Assembly: GCF_018977255.1 (NCBI RefSeq)
Contig: NW_024704743.1
Span: 41,976,001-42,040,000, forward strand
DNA: 64,000 bases
Direction of reading: 5' to 3'
Origin: Callorhinchus milii
Lineage: Eukaryota
The notes under the pieces are model-generated. The model was not told the DNA's origin. It worked only from the letters and a program-made list of their open reading frames with translations, and searched no databases. The position numbers and the translations under genes were made by a program. Positions 13,513 through 25,835 of this stretch are shown one piece after another (position 1 is the stretch's first letter; each line of letters begins with the position of its first letter).

Positions 13513-13925
13513 CCTATCCTGATACTACTTCAAAATCTTAACATTCACCAAAGACTTTGCAACAGCACATCCTTAAATGAATGTAAGTTCATGTGATAGA
13601 TGTGGAGGTTATTACACGAACTGCCAAAGGGACCGAGTACTCTTACCAAGAATTACACTGGTGCCTTCAGACATAATCTTCCATTCACTCTAAAGTGACA
13701 CCAATTCCCAACCCGTCTTGCATTTGCACTAACCATCAACAAGACGCAAGGTCAAACATTTAACAGGGTCGGACTCTTTCCATCTCAAACAGTCTTTATC
13801 CATGGTTGCGTTTTTTTCATGTTCTCCGGAGTGTGCTCATTAACTGCATAAGTGTTAGAAATTGAAGCAGACGATCATAATCGAAATTTTTGCTTGCGAG
13901 AAATATTATGCATGAAGAAGCATTA
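13513..13925 (+). mobile_element. Helitron RepHel PIF1-type helicase C-terminal fossil (stop and frameshifts)
   Basis: Manual translation across shifts: PILILLQNLNIHQRLCNST...VIDVEVIT...VLLPRITLVPSD/NLPFTLK*HQFPTRLAFALTINKTQGQTFNRVGLFPSQTVFIHG...FSGV...NIMHEEAL. This matches the Helitron helicase motifs LLRNL..GLCNGT, PRI, QFP.RLAFAMTINKSQGQT, F.HGQLYVA.SRV and N.VY.EVL in order. Confidence 0.88.
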
Positions 13926-14885
13926 TCATGGCTTCATTTGTTTGTACAATTTTCTTGATTTTGGTTGTTTGTTGCCAATAATTTTAAGGGCTGTTGAAAC
14001 ATTACATATTCCTTCATTTACAGAATTAAACTTTGCGTGCTCATGATGTTATTTAATTTTCTGTGCTTTATATGTGAAACTGAAACTCTTTTTCCTACCC
14101 TTAGTAAGGATTACACAAATTATGAATATTTTCCTTAGTTTTATTTGATTATGTTCTGGTAACTTATGTCTGTTCTTGGTCTATTGGGTTATGTACATTT
14201 GATTAGTTGATAAAAAAACTTAAATAAATTTATAATACAGAATAAAAAGACTACAGAAAAGGAAACAGGAATTTGTAAAGCTGAGTCAGCTATTTCAGCT
14301 TTCACTAACCAGTAAGGACTCTTAAAGTCACTTAATGAGGAAAATGGGCATGTTTTGTACAGAAACACCATTAATTTGACGCAATTCAGGTTGAGCAATA
14401 AGATTGGCATTCAGAAAATCACATTTTGCTTCCTTGGTCAAAGCACCTTCCATGTTTTTTGGGTGAGCTGGGAGTCTGACACACCTTCAAGAATACACAA
14501 AACTAGGTTGACCATTCCACATATGATTGCCACCTACTCATTGAAATTTCCCTGTGTCTGGAATGAAATGCACCTCGCTCTTTGAAGGAATGCATCTTGC
14601 TTAATCTATACTGTGGCATGTTAGGTGCAGGTTGGCAAAATTTTTTAAATATTTTCTTCTTCAGGCTTGGTAATTTTAAATTCCCATTCTTGGGTACATT
14701 AACTTGCAACAGAAGAGCAGTGTGCATACTTTGAACTAAGTTCAACTCAGTTCAAAGTAAGCAAATCTCTATCCTGCAAGAAGTTAATGTGTTTTTGTTC
14801 ACTTCAGAGTGAATTACAACGTTATACTCAACTTTTAAGGTATAATTAGCTTCAAATTTATGTCCTCTTCACGTTTGAAGTATAT

Positions 14886-15203
14886 AATATATAATAATAA
14901 TAATCCTTGCATTTGATATAGCACTTTTCACGTCTTCTAGCCGTCTCAAAGCGCTTCACAGAATATGCTGTAAAGTGAATTGACCGTATATTTGTGGGCG
15001 AAATGCGGCAGCCAATTGATCACAGCAGTGTCTCACAAACAGTCGTGGATTGAAAATGACCAATTTATTATTGTTTTGTTTTGGAGGGATTATTATTAGG
15101 TGTGTGGAGTAAGGAAACTTGCCCAAGGTTTCACCCTGCCTGGAATTGAACCCAAGTGTCTCGCTTGCAAGGTGAGTGCTCTAACCACTGAGCTATAGGA
15201 CTC
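14886..15203 (-). mobile_element. tRNA-derived SINE, short subfamily, full length
   Basis: Same head, body and tail as 388-708. Confidence 0.92.
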
Positions 15204-15399
15204 TGAGCTACAGTATCTGTTACATGATTGCTCAAATCCTTTCATTTACATCCTCAACACTGTCTGGATATTTGTATCAATATTGGAGAGCATTATTTGT
15301 GCCACCCATGTTATAGCTGTACACAAATAACCTGTCCAACTGATTTAATTGCATATTCCAAAACTGAGATATATTGCATTTTGCAGCTCCTTGTCTAGG

Positions 15400-15660
15400 C
15401 AACTTCAAACAAATGTTAAAAACTCTCTTCTCACCCCCCACCCCCCATCACCCTCCTCGCCCCCTCCTTAGCCTACTTCAAGTCCCGCCTCAAAACCCTC
15501 CTCTTCGACCATGCCATCAGTCACCCCCCATTCCCCTCCCTTCTCCCCCCCCCCCCTGACCTCAACTCGGGTCTGAAATGCTGTATACTGTCCAGCGCCT
15601 TGGGACGTCCTCCCGACGTAAAAGGCGCTATACAAATGTAATCTTGTTGTTGTTGTTGTT
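15400..15660 (+). mobile_element. L2 LINE 3' end
   Basis: CTCAAAACCCTCCTCTTCGACCATGCC, terminal stem-loop GCGCCTTGGGACGTCCTCCCGACGTAAAAGGCGC, and (TTG)n tail. Confidence 0.88.
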
Positions 15661-17219
15661 CTCAGGTAAACGACTAACCTGTCTTTCTCTACATTACGTT
15701 GATTTGGTCCCCAACTGATCAAACTTAAAGGTCACTGAAGTTCCATGATTTCCCCTCTCTCCCCCTCTTCAAGATGTATCATTGGGTGTAATGTCTGGAA
15801 TTTCACAAATTGATCTTAGTTATAAGTCAAGTGGTTGGAAATGTGCTGTTAGCCAGTTCACTGACCTCCACATCATTTCCACAGATTAGCAGTTAGAATA
15901 TGGAGCAATTACATAGCTCAGCTTTAAAGGGAGATTATTCATTAAATAAATGATTACTTTACAGTGCAGATAAGGCAGTTTTTCACCTTTGGTGATTTGC
16001 AATAGACCCATTCAAATCTAAATTGATTGCTTTGGGATTGCTGAGGATCCATTAAAATATTGCTTCTATTGACATTCTGTAATAGTTCTAATTAGCTTCT
16101 TTACTCTCTGCATTTTGGCTCCAAAGATACATCACAAGTATATGCCTGAGACCTTGGGTACAGTTTCCCTTAGATAGAATGATCATTAGCTGTCACTCAT
16201 TCAAATCTGTGAGTGCAAAAGACTAAAGGAGACATTATGACAATGTTTTACTTAAAATATTTTCAATGAAATTGAAATGTGACAATGTAAATAGTATTTA
16301 TTCCAAAATTATAATGATGCCTTAGTGATAGCGAAATAATTAGCCCTTTTGCTTGGGGTGCTTAAAAATTGCTCCACATTGCTTCATAAATTATCTAGCA
16401 GACATCCAAAAGCAAAGATTCTGACACATCGTTGAAAACTGTTAACGCTCTCAGTGCTGAAAGCCCACACAGATGGCAGCAATCAAGGTCACTAGGCAAA
16501 TTTGAAAATTATGCTGGATATAGCTAGAGCACTAGTTTGGATGATCTGCCCTAGGGTGTGGAGCTCCCAGGTCCATCCATCTCACAGTAAGCAAGCTTAC
16601 TCTCTGCTCAGCATTACTATCAAATGTTGGACATTGGTCCACTCGCTCGTTCAACCAGTTAAATGAAAGCTGTGTTGTGTATTAGGGACGTTTGCGTTTG
16701 GAGGCACTGAGGAAAAATAACAATAACATTTCATGAATAGAAATCAAAGCATAACCTCTAAATATACCAGTAATTCCGTTCAAAATAGAAGTCAAATTCA
16801 TTACGTACTGCAGCTGCTGAGGTAATGGGAGAGTTAATAGAGATATGAATTTCTTTGCTATTTTAATATTTTAAAAAATGCTGCACCAGACCGAGTTTGA
16901 GACTAAACATGCCCACAGGTGCTGTATTTCGATTGGGCTAAGCACGTTATTTCCTTACTTATGGACTTCAAAGAAATTAAAGCTAAAAATATTTTAATAA
17001 AACATTGTTGACATTTTTTTTAAAAAAATCAGGATTAAGCGGAGTGTTTCGCTACCAGTTTTAGATGCATTGTTATTTTGGAATCAAGTCAGCATTGGCA
17101 TTTCATCTGAGACTTGATATTATTCAAATAATAAGAAAAAAGAAAAATATACATTTTTATTATCACGTCAAAATGTTTGAAAGTGCAATTTCATTCAAGT
17201 GCTTCATGAGTAATTACAA

Positions 17220-17840
17220 GTAATAATAATAATCCTGCCATTTGAATTAATGCCATATCACATTGAAAGGATGTCTCAAAGCATTTCACAGGATCTACTG
17301 TGAAATGTAGTAACTGTGTCATTGTAGGCAAATATGGCAGTGCAATTGTGTACAGCAAAGTCCCAAAAACATCCATTAAATGAACGACAAATTTTATTTG
17401 TATTTTGGGAGATTGTTGGCCAGGACGCCAGGAGAAAGTTCCTTCTCTTTTCGAATAATGTCATGGGTTCGATTCCCGTCAAGGCGAAATGTTGAGCAAG
17501 TTTCCTTACTCCTCACGACTCTGTTTACCAAGCAGTGAGTAGGAACTTGTTTGTCAGTCGATTGCCGTTTCACTTTTCTGAGGATAATAATTCCTTCAAA
17601 AAATAATAATAATAAATTAGCCACTCAATCCATGACTGTTTGTGGGACACTGCTGTGCCCAATTGGCTGCTGCATTTCTCCCACAAAATATACAGTCATT
17701 TCACTTTACAGTCTATTCTGTGAAGTGCTTTGAGACGTCTGGAAGACGTGAAAAGCGCTATATCAAATGCAAGGATTATTATCTTTAAAATCCACCTGAA
17801 TAGGCAGATGGTGACCCAGGTTTAACATCTCATTCGAAGT
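17220..17840 (-). mobile_element. Old Deu-type SINE interrupted by a younger SINE in the opposite orientation
   Basis: Tail at 17220; GGCCAGGACGCCAGGAGAAAG...TCATGGG at 17419-17467; resumes ATCTTTAAAATCCACCTGAATAGGCAGATG at ~17781. Confidence 0.7.
17465..17782 (+). mobile_element. tRNA-derived SINE, long subfamily, 5'-truncated
   Basis: Starts at box B GGGTTCGATTCCC; carries the extra CTCTGTTTACCAAGCAGTGAGTAGGAAC segment; ends AAATGCAAGGATTATTAT. Confidence 0.88.
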
Positions 17841-18565
17841 CTAGTGACTGTTTTGTAGGCAAATATGGCAGCAACAACAATTTGCATTTATGTAGCCCCT
17901 TCACACGGGATATCATCCAGGACGACTTTTTTTATTCGTACAAGCAGAGACCCATAAAGAAATATGATATGAATGACCAATTCATCTTACCAGGACAGTG
18001 GCCTTGTCTTTTCGAACAGGGTTATGGCATCCTTTAAGGCCCCTCTGAATAGGCAGATGGAACCTTGAGCCGTTAATGGAATAGGCCTGAAATGTTCAAG
18101 TTTAAATGAGTGTGTAGCAATATTTTGGGAAATATATTTTCTTCACGGATAAACAAATTAGCTGATTAATTCATGGAAGAACTTCAGCCACCTGTAGTGC
18201 AGTTATGTTGTGTGCCAGAAATGGGCAAATAAAGGTTATCGTTCCAGCGAGTATTTTGACACCTTGGCAGCTACACTGAGATACGCAGCTGTGGCTTTGT
18301 CATATAGACACCACAGCTCAAGAAACAACATAAGCAACTGCAGACAATTACACTGAAGTGTTTTATTGTAGATCACACATTTACACATCATTTATGGATA
18401 AATTTATATTATTTTAAAACAGAGCAAGTTAAATTATGTTCTGCCATTTAGGAACTGAATTCAAATTATTTTGCTTTGGTTGTAAAACTATTATTAAAGT
18501 GCATCCACACTCTTGGTGAAAAATTATCTTTCAGTGAAGCTGAATATACCAAAATAGCTGCTATA

Positions 18566-19165
18566 TTACAACAACAAATTTACATTTGTAAAGTGGCTTT
18601 CACGTTGGGAGGATGTCCCAAGGCGCTGGACAGACAGAGTTATGGACCCGAGCTGGGGCTCAAGGTGGGGGAGGGTGGAGGACAGAGGAGGAAGCAGGGA
18701 GATCGAAAGTACAGTCGAAGAGGAGTATCTTGAGATGGGTCTTGAAGGTGGGAAGGGAGGGGGCGAGGTGGAGGCACTGCGGGATGGAGTTCCAGAGGGT
18801 GGGTGTAGAGTGGCAGAAGGCCCACCCGCCAATAGTGGGGTGAGCAAGGCGGGGGACGTGAAGCAGGCTGGAGTCCGCTGAGCGGAGAGAGCGAACAGGA
18901 TGGTGGGGGGTTTGGAGATCGTGGAGTTAGGGGGAGCAAGACTGTGGAGGGCTTTGAAGGTGAGGACCAGGATCTTGAACTGTATCCTCTGTGTGATGGG
19001 AAGCCAGTGGAGTTGGGAAAGGATGGGGGTGATAGGGACACGGAGCCGAGTGCGGGAGAGGACACGGGCTGCAGAGTTCTGGATGATCTACAGCCTGTGG
19101 AGGGAGTTGTTGGGGAGGCCAACAAGCAATGAGTTTGCATAGTAGAGCCTCGATGTAATGAAAGC
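18566..19165 (-). mobile_element. L2 LINE 3' fragment
   Basis: Antisense of [12 protein letters not shown]...LHWLPI..RIQFKIL; (CAA)n tail on +; very similar to 60850-61443. Confidence 0.93.
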
Positions 19166-22100
19166 ATATTAATTCTAATAGTGCCTGTAACAGTTTTTAC
19201 AATTGTTTTATACAGTAAAGAATACAACATTTTAGACTTAGCGGTTTTGTGAGATGAACATAACAGAACAGTGTGTGTTTTCTGTGCTTCTGGAAGTGGG
19301 AGGATGGAGGATAGAGGTTGAGGAAATGTTGTCTGTGAAAGTAAGATGATACACCACAGAGTGGGATTAGAATAGGTGCATTGCATGAAGAAAAACACTT
19401 GATGGGCTAGATGGCATATTGCTGAGCTGTAAAAATGTAATAATTTTATTATCTGAATAGTATTGATATGGAAACGAGAGAACTTTGAGGTGTTTTTCCT
19501 TTAATTGTCTTTGGGATTTAGAAAGGTTCTGTTGACATGTTTCCACAGGAATGGAGAGGATGGGCTGAAATCCACGATCATGGAAGTTTTATGTGGACTA
19601 CAAAGGAAGTGGGTTTGTGATGGGCTGAATTGCCTTTACTCATTCTACACGTGCTTGAGCTCTCAAAATGTGTACTGATGGCAATAAATGGTACAAAAAT
19701 AGACCAAACATTAAAGAAAAAACAACTGAAAAAGGTAGAATATATTGTATTTAAAATATACAGCCTGCAGTTATTTCAAGACTGAAGTATAATCTCAAGG
19801 TTCAGAAAACAGCTATACAATTGCTTGGATGTGCCACTTAAAACATCTTATGAAGTCATGAATTACGAAGATGATTAGCTTGCAATAAATTACCAATAGC
19901 TGTCCTTGCTGTGAATTAAATTAAGATATGAAGAGAAACAAATTGAGAGGCAACGAGGAGGGAAGGGAAGGCAGAGAGAAAGTGAGTGATAAAGGGCTTT
20001 CAAGAAAGCCCAGCACTGTTGCTATTTTGGATTTACACTTAGAGTGACTCTTTGTGTAAACATTTGAATAATCAGCTGATTCGAATGCTGGCCTTCACTG
20101 ATAATATGATGCCTTCTCACAGCATTGTCATCTGCTCACTTGATAATTTTGCAAAGCAGCTTCAAAGTAACAGAATGATTTACAAAAGCACCTGCAGCAC
20201 AGAAGCCTTTCAAACCAACACGTCAAACAAAAATAGAGTTTGCAGGACACGTCAACACACCAGAATTTTGAATTCAGATAAATATCTTTTTTAACTTTGC
20301 AATCTGATACAAGAGTCATAGAAGTGATTCAGATCCACCTCAAATTCCCTCTCATATTCCACAACCTTATGATCCCTGCAGTTGGATGTAACATTTGGTT
20401 CTCCAGGGAAGCTGACAAACCCGTGATTTCAAGCTTCTTTCTTGGCACACCAGAGTAACTGTCTACTCTAATTTACTTAATTGATGTTATGCTTCTTTCA
20501 CCTCTCTTCATTATAATGACAGTTTTCTTTGAAGTGAAGTTTTCTTTTATTGTAAGTAACCAAGAGGGGAAAAACACACCCATGCCTCCACAATGGTCTA
20601 ATAAACCACTTGCAGGAATGAATCTGTGAAATCTGACCCAACTTATCACCAACTTTAAGTATCAGAACATGTTGTTCCTTTTTTAAAGCTGCCTAATGAA
20701 AACATCAAGCCCGCTTAAAATCAAGGAAGGCTGTTGTAGTGAAGCTATATGCTAAGATATATTTTCTTCAACACAATACAATTTTTAAAAAGACTAAAGC
20801 AAAATAGAGCAGTTTAAAAAAGTTCATATTTATTCCTAGTGTTGGTGTATTATTTATCATCGGTGTCATTCATATTTTCAGTGCATATTTGCCATTGCAG
20901 AGACAGATCTTATCGCTACAGCTTATTTACCAGGTAGAGAAACTGAAAAGATAAGTGAAGGATGAATTGTTATGTACAGTATAACTAATAAGCTGGCATA
21001 TCTGCCATGGCAGTGATAAATCAAGGGCTTTGCGTGGTATCATAAGACAACACAACAAAGCTACAGCAGTTCACAGGTGCTACCTAATCCAAGAGGTGGG
21101 TTAAATACAGCCTGTGTTATTCTTTGCAAAGTGTACAGCTGGACTTTGTGTAGCCATTTGTATTGAGGTATCAACAAGATTATTTCCTGCCAATACCAGG
21201 TATAATGGCAGATGATTTGAACTAGAGTCACATTGGGTTTTATTAAGGTACACCGATACAATATTGCTTAGTGGTTGTTGGCTCAGAGGAGCAATTATTG
21301 ATAAAACAGAGAAAGTTATTGATAAAATATGCAATTATTGATAAAACATAGAAATACAGGAAAGGTCCTGATGGAGAGAGTGTGACAGACATAGGAAGGA
21401 AGAAGCAACAACAATAACACTTTGCATTTATACAACATGCTTCATGCAGGATAGCGGCTTGTAGTGCAGGATCATCTCATAAGACAACAAGCCTTTTCTT
21501 ACAAGATCCCCAGGAGTAGAAGAGAAGTGTTAGAAGAACATAACCAAATATAGAAACAGGCATGGGAGTATTTGAGGATCATTGTGTTCCACTGAGCATT
21601 TGAACATCTTGACACTGTTTATCCCAACAGTTATTGCTCTGGGTACTGGACCACTTGAAATTAGGTTGAGTTACCCTTGTGAATTTGGCTTACAGCTATC
21701 AAAGAGGAGGTTTTCATCCCATCTGTTAATGCCACCTATTAGAAGAAATATATGAGCCATCAGGGACTAAAACTTATATTAAAGCTTGCTGGCAGCAAAG
21801 AAAGAAACAGGTACTGACTAATTACATTACCTTAATCTCACGAGTAATAATCATGTCTCTCAACGTCTTGTGAGCTGAGTTTTGTTGATCACTAAAATTC
21901 AATTTACACAACAACATCTGCTTCTTCCAATAATTCTATGCTACTTGTCATTTTTCCGCTCCTGTCCTCATCATCAGAAAGTCTGATTTATTTTTTCATT
22001 CCATTCAGGTGTATTCTCATGCAGGTTATCCTCTGGTATCTCCCACAAATTACTGTTACTTAAAGGTGAGCTTTGTCCGATGACATTTCAGAGATTTGAG

Positions 22101-24079
22101 ATCATGGGTTGGGGTGGGAGGAGAGTATTTTAGTTGTGTGGGTCAGGGGGGGTAGTGTGGGATCACAGACAAGTGTAGAGGTTGATGGTTCCCTCTTAAT
22201 GGCAATCACCTAACTCAGCATGTCCTGGGAGGCAAACTTACAGCCCAACTTTCTTTATTTATCAAGGCATCAGGAGTAATCGAAAGACTCTTCTTAAAAG
22301 CTTATTATTTTTCTCATTATTGAAAATGATTCTAAGGACATTTTTCCAACTAAAAAAATAATATTTTGGTCACTCAAGCCACAATTGTTTCTGGGACATT
22401 GACGTGTGTAATTTTTCCCACATTCACTTTACAGTATATTCTGTGAAGTGCTTTGAGACATCTCAATAACACGATAATGCAAGGCTTATTATTAATTACT
22501 AAATCAAACTATCTTTAGGATACAAAATAATGTTTATTTAATATAATATTATATGTGTATGGTTGTTGCGATATAAGTCAACGTGAGCACCAAACTATAG
22601 TGAATATGTCATTATAGCATAAAAATGTCAGTTGCTTTATTTACGAGTGTAAAATTTTATTCAAAGAACAAAAGCAGTTGAACACAAGTTCTCCTGCAGC
22701 TGACTCAATAATTGGGACGTACGCCAACCTAGGAGAGCTGCAGCTGTGCTTTGGCTGCTTCCTGCAGCCTGACCCTATTTCTTTGTTTGTATGAGGTACA
22801 GAAGCATACGTCACAGGCTCACTATCACATCTGTCCCTACACCTGCCACTGGATAGCCACACAGCCTGGTAGCATTGGCTCATCGTGAGAAGGAAAAGCA
22901 ATTCTGACAATTAAGTAACCGTAGCAATGGGGAAATAAAGACTTCTTAATACTTCCCAGAGAGGATAAAGTACATTTCAGTTCAAATTAAAAAAATCTGT
23001 TTTTAATCCTTGATATTTACCTTCAGCACAAAACTACTCATTGTCCAGCATGTACAATCTGCATAGATGGTAGAGAGCTTTCCTTGTAATCAGCTATTTA
23101 TGGGTTCAAAATCCACTGTTTCAGCTTCTTCTCTTTCATTATTATTATTATTATTATGTCTACCTGCAACTGTTTTAGTTCCTGGTGATCAACCTAATAT
23201 TAACTGCACCATGCAGTTGAAAGTGAATTACCTTCACATTGTCTCCAATCAGCTCAACCAATGCAAGTCCATCTCAGGCTAATCATTTGTGAAGAGCATT
23301 AATGATAGAGAGGAAAGCTCGATGTGTGAGCCCAAAGTTTCTTCCCATATGAAGGAAGCTGGATGGCAGTGAACAGTTCCAGTAATCTCCAGTGAAGAAA
23401 AGATCAGACATTATCATACAAAGTATGCATAATGTGATAATCTGCCTCTGAGAGACAGAAAATCCAATCGATTCCAAATAAGTGAGTATGTGATAAGCAT
23501 ATACTTCTAATACATGAATAGGGATAAAATGACTATCCCACATGACAGGTCCATTATATTAATCTTCATTTACTTTTTGATGATAAATAGCAAATATTTG
23601 AAGGCTTGCCAAGTTTCCAACTCAACTCTTATGCATGCAAATTTGGTGTAATGTCTCCCACTGTCCCGCTCTAACAATTTGCTTTTATGTCTCTACTATA
23701 AAGCTACAATTAAAATATCAGTCAGTGGTTATTTTATGCATCATTTAATTTGGTTCCAAAACACTGGAATGTTGGAACACTTCCTTCAATCATAATCCCT
23801 ATACATATTTCAATTAAAATCTAAATTGTAGTAGGCATGTTATTTTGCTTGGTCAAGATTCTAAAAATATTGTTTTTTTACTTAAAAGGTTTTTGAGTTT
23901 GTAAACAAACATGGTTGTAAATTCATTAGTGGTTCAAATATTTCCCTTGAAAAATGTAAAAGTCTCATCCAGATTCACTCCAATAAAATGATGCTCCCCT
24001 GCCACTACACAGGAATGGCAGCCTAGTCTGTAAATTCAAATAAAACTTCTTCGGATAAGACTAGAAACCAAGATTCCTG

Positions 24080-24340
24080 TTCAGGTGGACCTCAAAGTTT
24101 TCATGACTCTTATTGAAAAGAGGAGGGTATTTCTCCTAGTGTCCTGCCAAACAATTCCCCAAATAAAATTGGTGATTCAATTCACCATCGTTTGTGGTTC
24201 ATTGTTGTATACAAATTGGCTGCCGCATTTTCCCACAAAATACAGTCATTTCACTTTCCAGTGTATTTTGTGAAGCACTTTGAGATGTTCTCCTGACGTG
24301 AAAAGCACTAAATCAAATATAATGGTTATTATTATTATTA
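24080..24340 (+). mobile_element. Old Deu-type SINE whose (TTA)n tail is the target of the L2/U2 insertion
   Basis: TCAGGTGGAC...GTGTCCTGCCAAACAATTCCCC...AATTGGCTGCCGCATTT...GGTTATTATTATTATTA. Confidence 0.75.
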
Positions 24341-24872
24341 CAACAACAACAACAAGATTCCATTTATAGAGCGCCTTTCACGTCGGGAGGACGTCCCAAC
24401 GCGCTGTACAGTTGGGTCAGGACCTGAGCAGTGGGGAAAATGGTCAGGGTGAGGGGAGGGAAGGGAGGGAGCGAGGAGGGCAGAAATGGTCAGGGTGAGG
24501 GGAGGGAAGGGAGGGAGCGAGGAGGGGGGAAATGGTCAGGGTGAGGGGAGGGAAGGGAGGGAGGGAGAGAGCGAGGAGGGGGTAGAGAGTCGAGAGCGGA
24601 GCTGAAGGCACAGTCAAAGAGAAAGGTCTTGAGACCTGCCTTGAAGGAGGAAAGGGAGGAGGCGGCGAAGGCACTGGGGGATAGAGTCCCAGAGCCTAGG
24701 GACTGAGAGGCTGAAGGCCCGGCCACCGATGGTAGGGCGGTTGGGGCGGGGGATGTGGAGCAGACCGGAGCCAGAGGAACGGAGGGTACGGGCAGGTAGG
24801 TAGGGGGATAGTAGGTCAGAGAGGTAGGAGGGAGCAAGGCCGCGAATGGCCTTGTAGGTGAGGATGAGGATC
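24341..24872 (-). mobile_element. L2 LINE 3' fragment, 5'-truncated, with triplicated 46-bp 3' UTR unit
   Basis: (CAA)n tail and terminal stem-loop; antisense of ILTYKAI.GLAPSYLSDLL; near-identical to 56820-57240. Confidence 0.93.
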
Positions 24873-24910
24873 GCTTCTCGGCCTTTTGGCTAAGATCAAG
24901 TGTGTAGTAT
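24870..24910 (+). pseudogene. RNU2: 3'-truncated U2 snRNA retrocopy (U2 nt ~1-39)
   Basis: ATCGCTTCTCGGCCTTTTGGCTAAGATCAAGTGTGTAGTAT equals the conserved U2 5' end plus an extra TG. No Sm site or 3' stem-loops follow. Confidence 0.93.
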
Positions 24911-25139
24911 TATTATTATTATAGAGAAGGATACAATGCATGAAGGTAGCAATGATAGAGGAAGAAAAANTAACACAAAATCCCATATGTCATTATGGGT
25001 TCCTACAGGTCACTTGAGAATATATGATCACAAAACATGAGATGCCTCTTTAAAGTTGCAGTAACAATAAAATTCTCAGCAGTTGAATCAGTGTGGTTGC
25101 AGGAGACTCAAGACCCTTATCTAGATCCTCTTTGTAATA

Positions 25140-25400
25140 CCAGAGGGATGCAGAGTCAGCAGCGGAAACACACAGAACAACCAGATAAGCTAGAGCTCTT
25201 CAGCCTTGAAAAGAGATGTCTCAGAGGAAACCTTGTAGAGTTATCTAAAATGCTAAATCAGATAGAGAAAATAAACCCATAACAATGTTTGAGACCCATC
25301 AAGGGAGTAGGATAACAGCACACTTTTCAGGGTTTTGAAGGGCGATTATAGGACAGACATTAAGAATTGTTTCTTCACACAGAGGGTAGGTAACAATTGT
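25140..25400 (+). mobile_element. CR1 fragment
   Basis: LELFSLEKRCLRGNLVELSKML; TTCTTCACACAGAGGGTAG. Confidence 0.8.
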
Positions 25401-25529
25401 TACAAAGAAGAAGCATAATCTTACATTTGATATAGCATCTTTATCACCTTAAATTTCATAGAGTTTTCTGTAAAGCGTAATGACTGTGTATTCATAATTG
25501 AATTTTTCACAGTTCTGTCCAATCACTGG

Positions 25530-25835
25530 TTGGTAGCTATCCCAGTGTTTCCACTTCATCTTATCTAATGGCTTCGTCTTCTATCCCTGTAGTCACATGC
25601 AGCATTCCTCAGCACTCCATCCTCAGTCCTCTCTTTTTTAACTATCTGTATGCTCCCACTCATATCCACACGTACATAGATGAAACCCAAATCTATCTCT
25701 CTGCTTCTACCCTTGATTCCAGAACAACTGATGTTCTGACCAATTGCCTGGGTAAGCTGTAACTTTCTTCATTTAAACATAGACAATACCAAGGTTCTCC
25801 TGCTTGGCTCCTGTTAGCACCTTTGCACCTCAGGC
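25530..25835 (+). mobile_element. Old L2 RT fragment
   Basis: SIPQHSILSPLFF...YIDETQIYLS (decayed GVPQGS and YADDTQLY motifs). Confidence 0.75.

Noticed and set aside
18640..19398. 252-aa ORF as a novel gene
   Set aside because: Alternative-frame read-through of a GC-rich L2 plus flank.
21291..21355. Triple TTATTGATAAAA direct repeat (similar short duplications at 27477, 39950, 42461)
   Set aside because: Ordinary local slippage duplications; no spacer structure, not CRISPR-like.
22009..22065. Plus-strand 57-nt exon candidate VYSHAGYPLVSPTNYCYLK with good splice sites
   Set aside because: Isolated, unrecognised peptide, no convincing partner exons; indistinguishable from a pseudo-exon.
24870..24910. 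Functional U2 gene, or target site of U2-specific retrotransposons (Utopia/Keno)
   Set aside because: Only ~39 nt present, no downstream U2 sequence, and the neighbour is an L2 attached at the U2 5' end.
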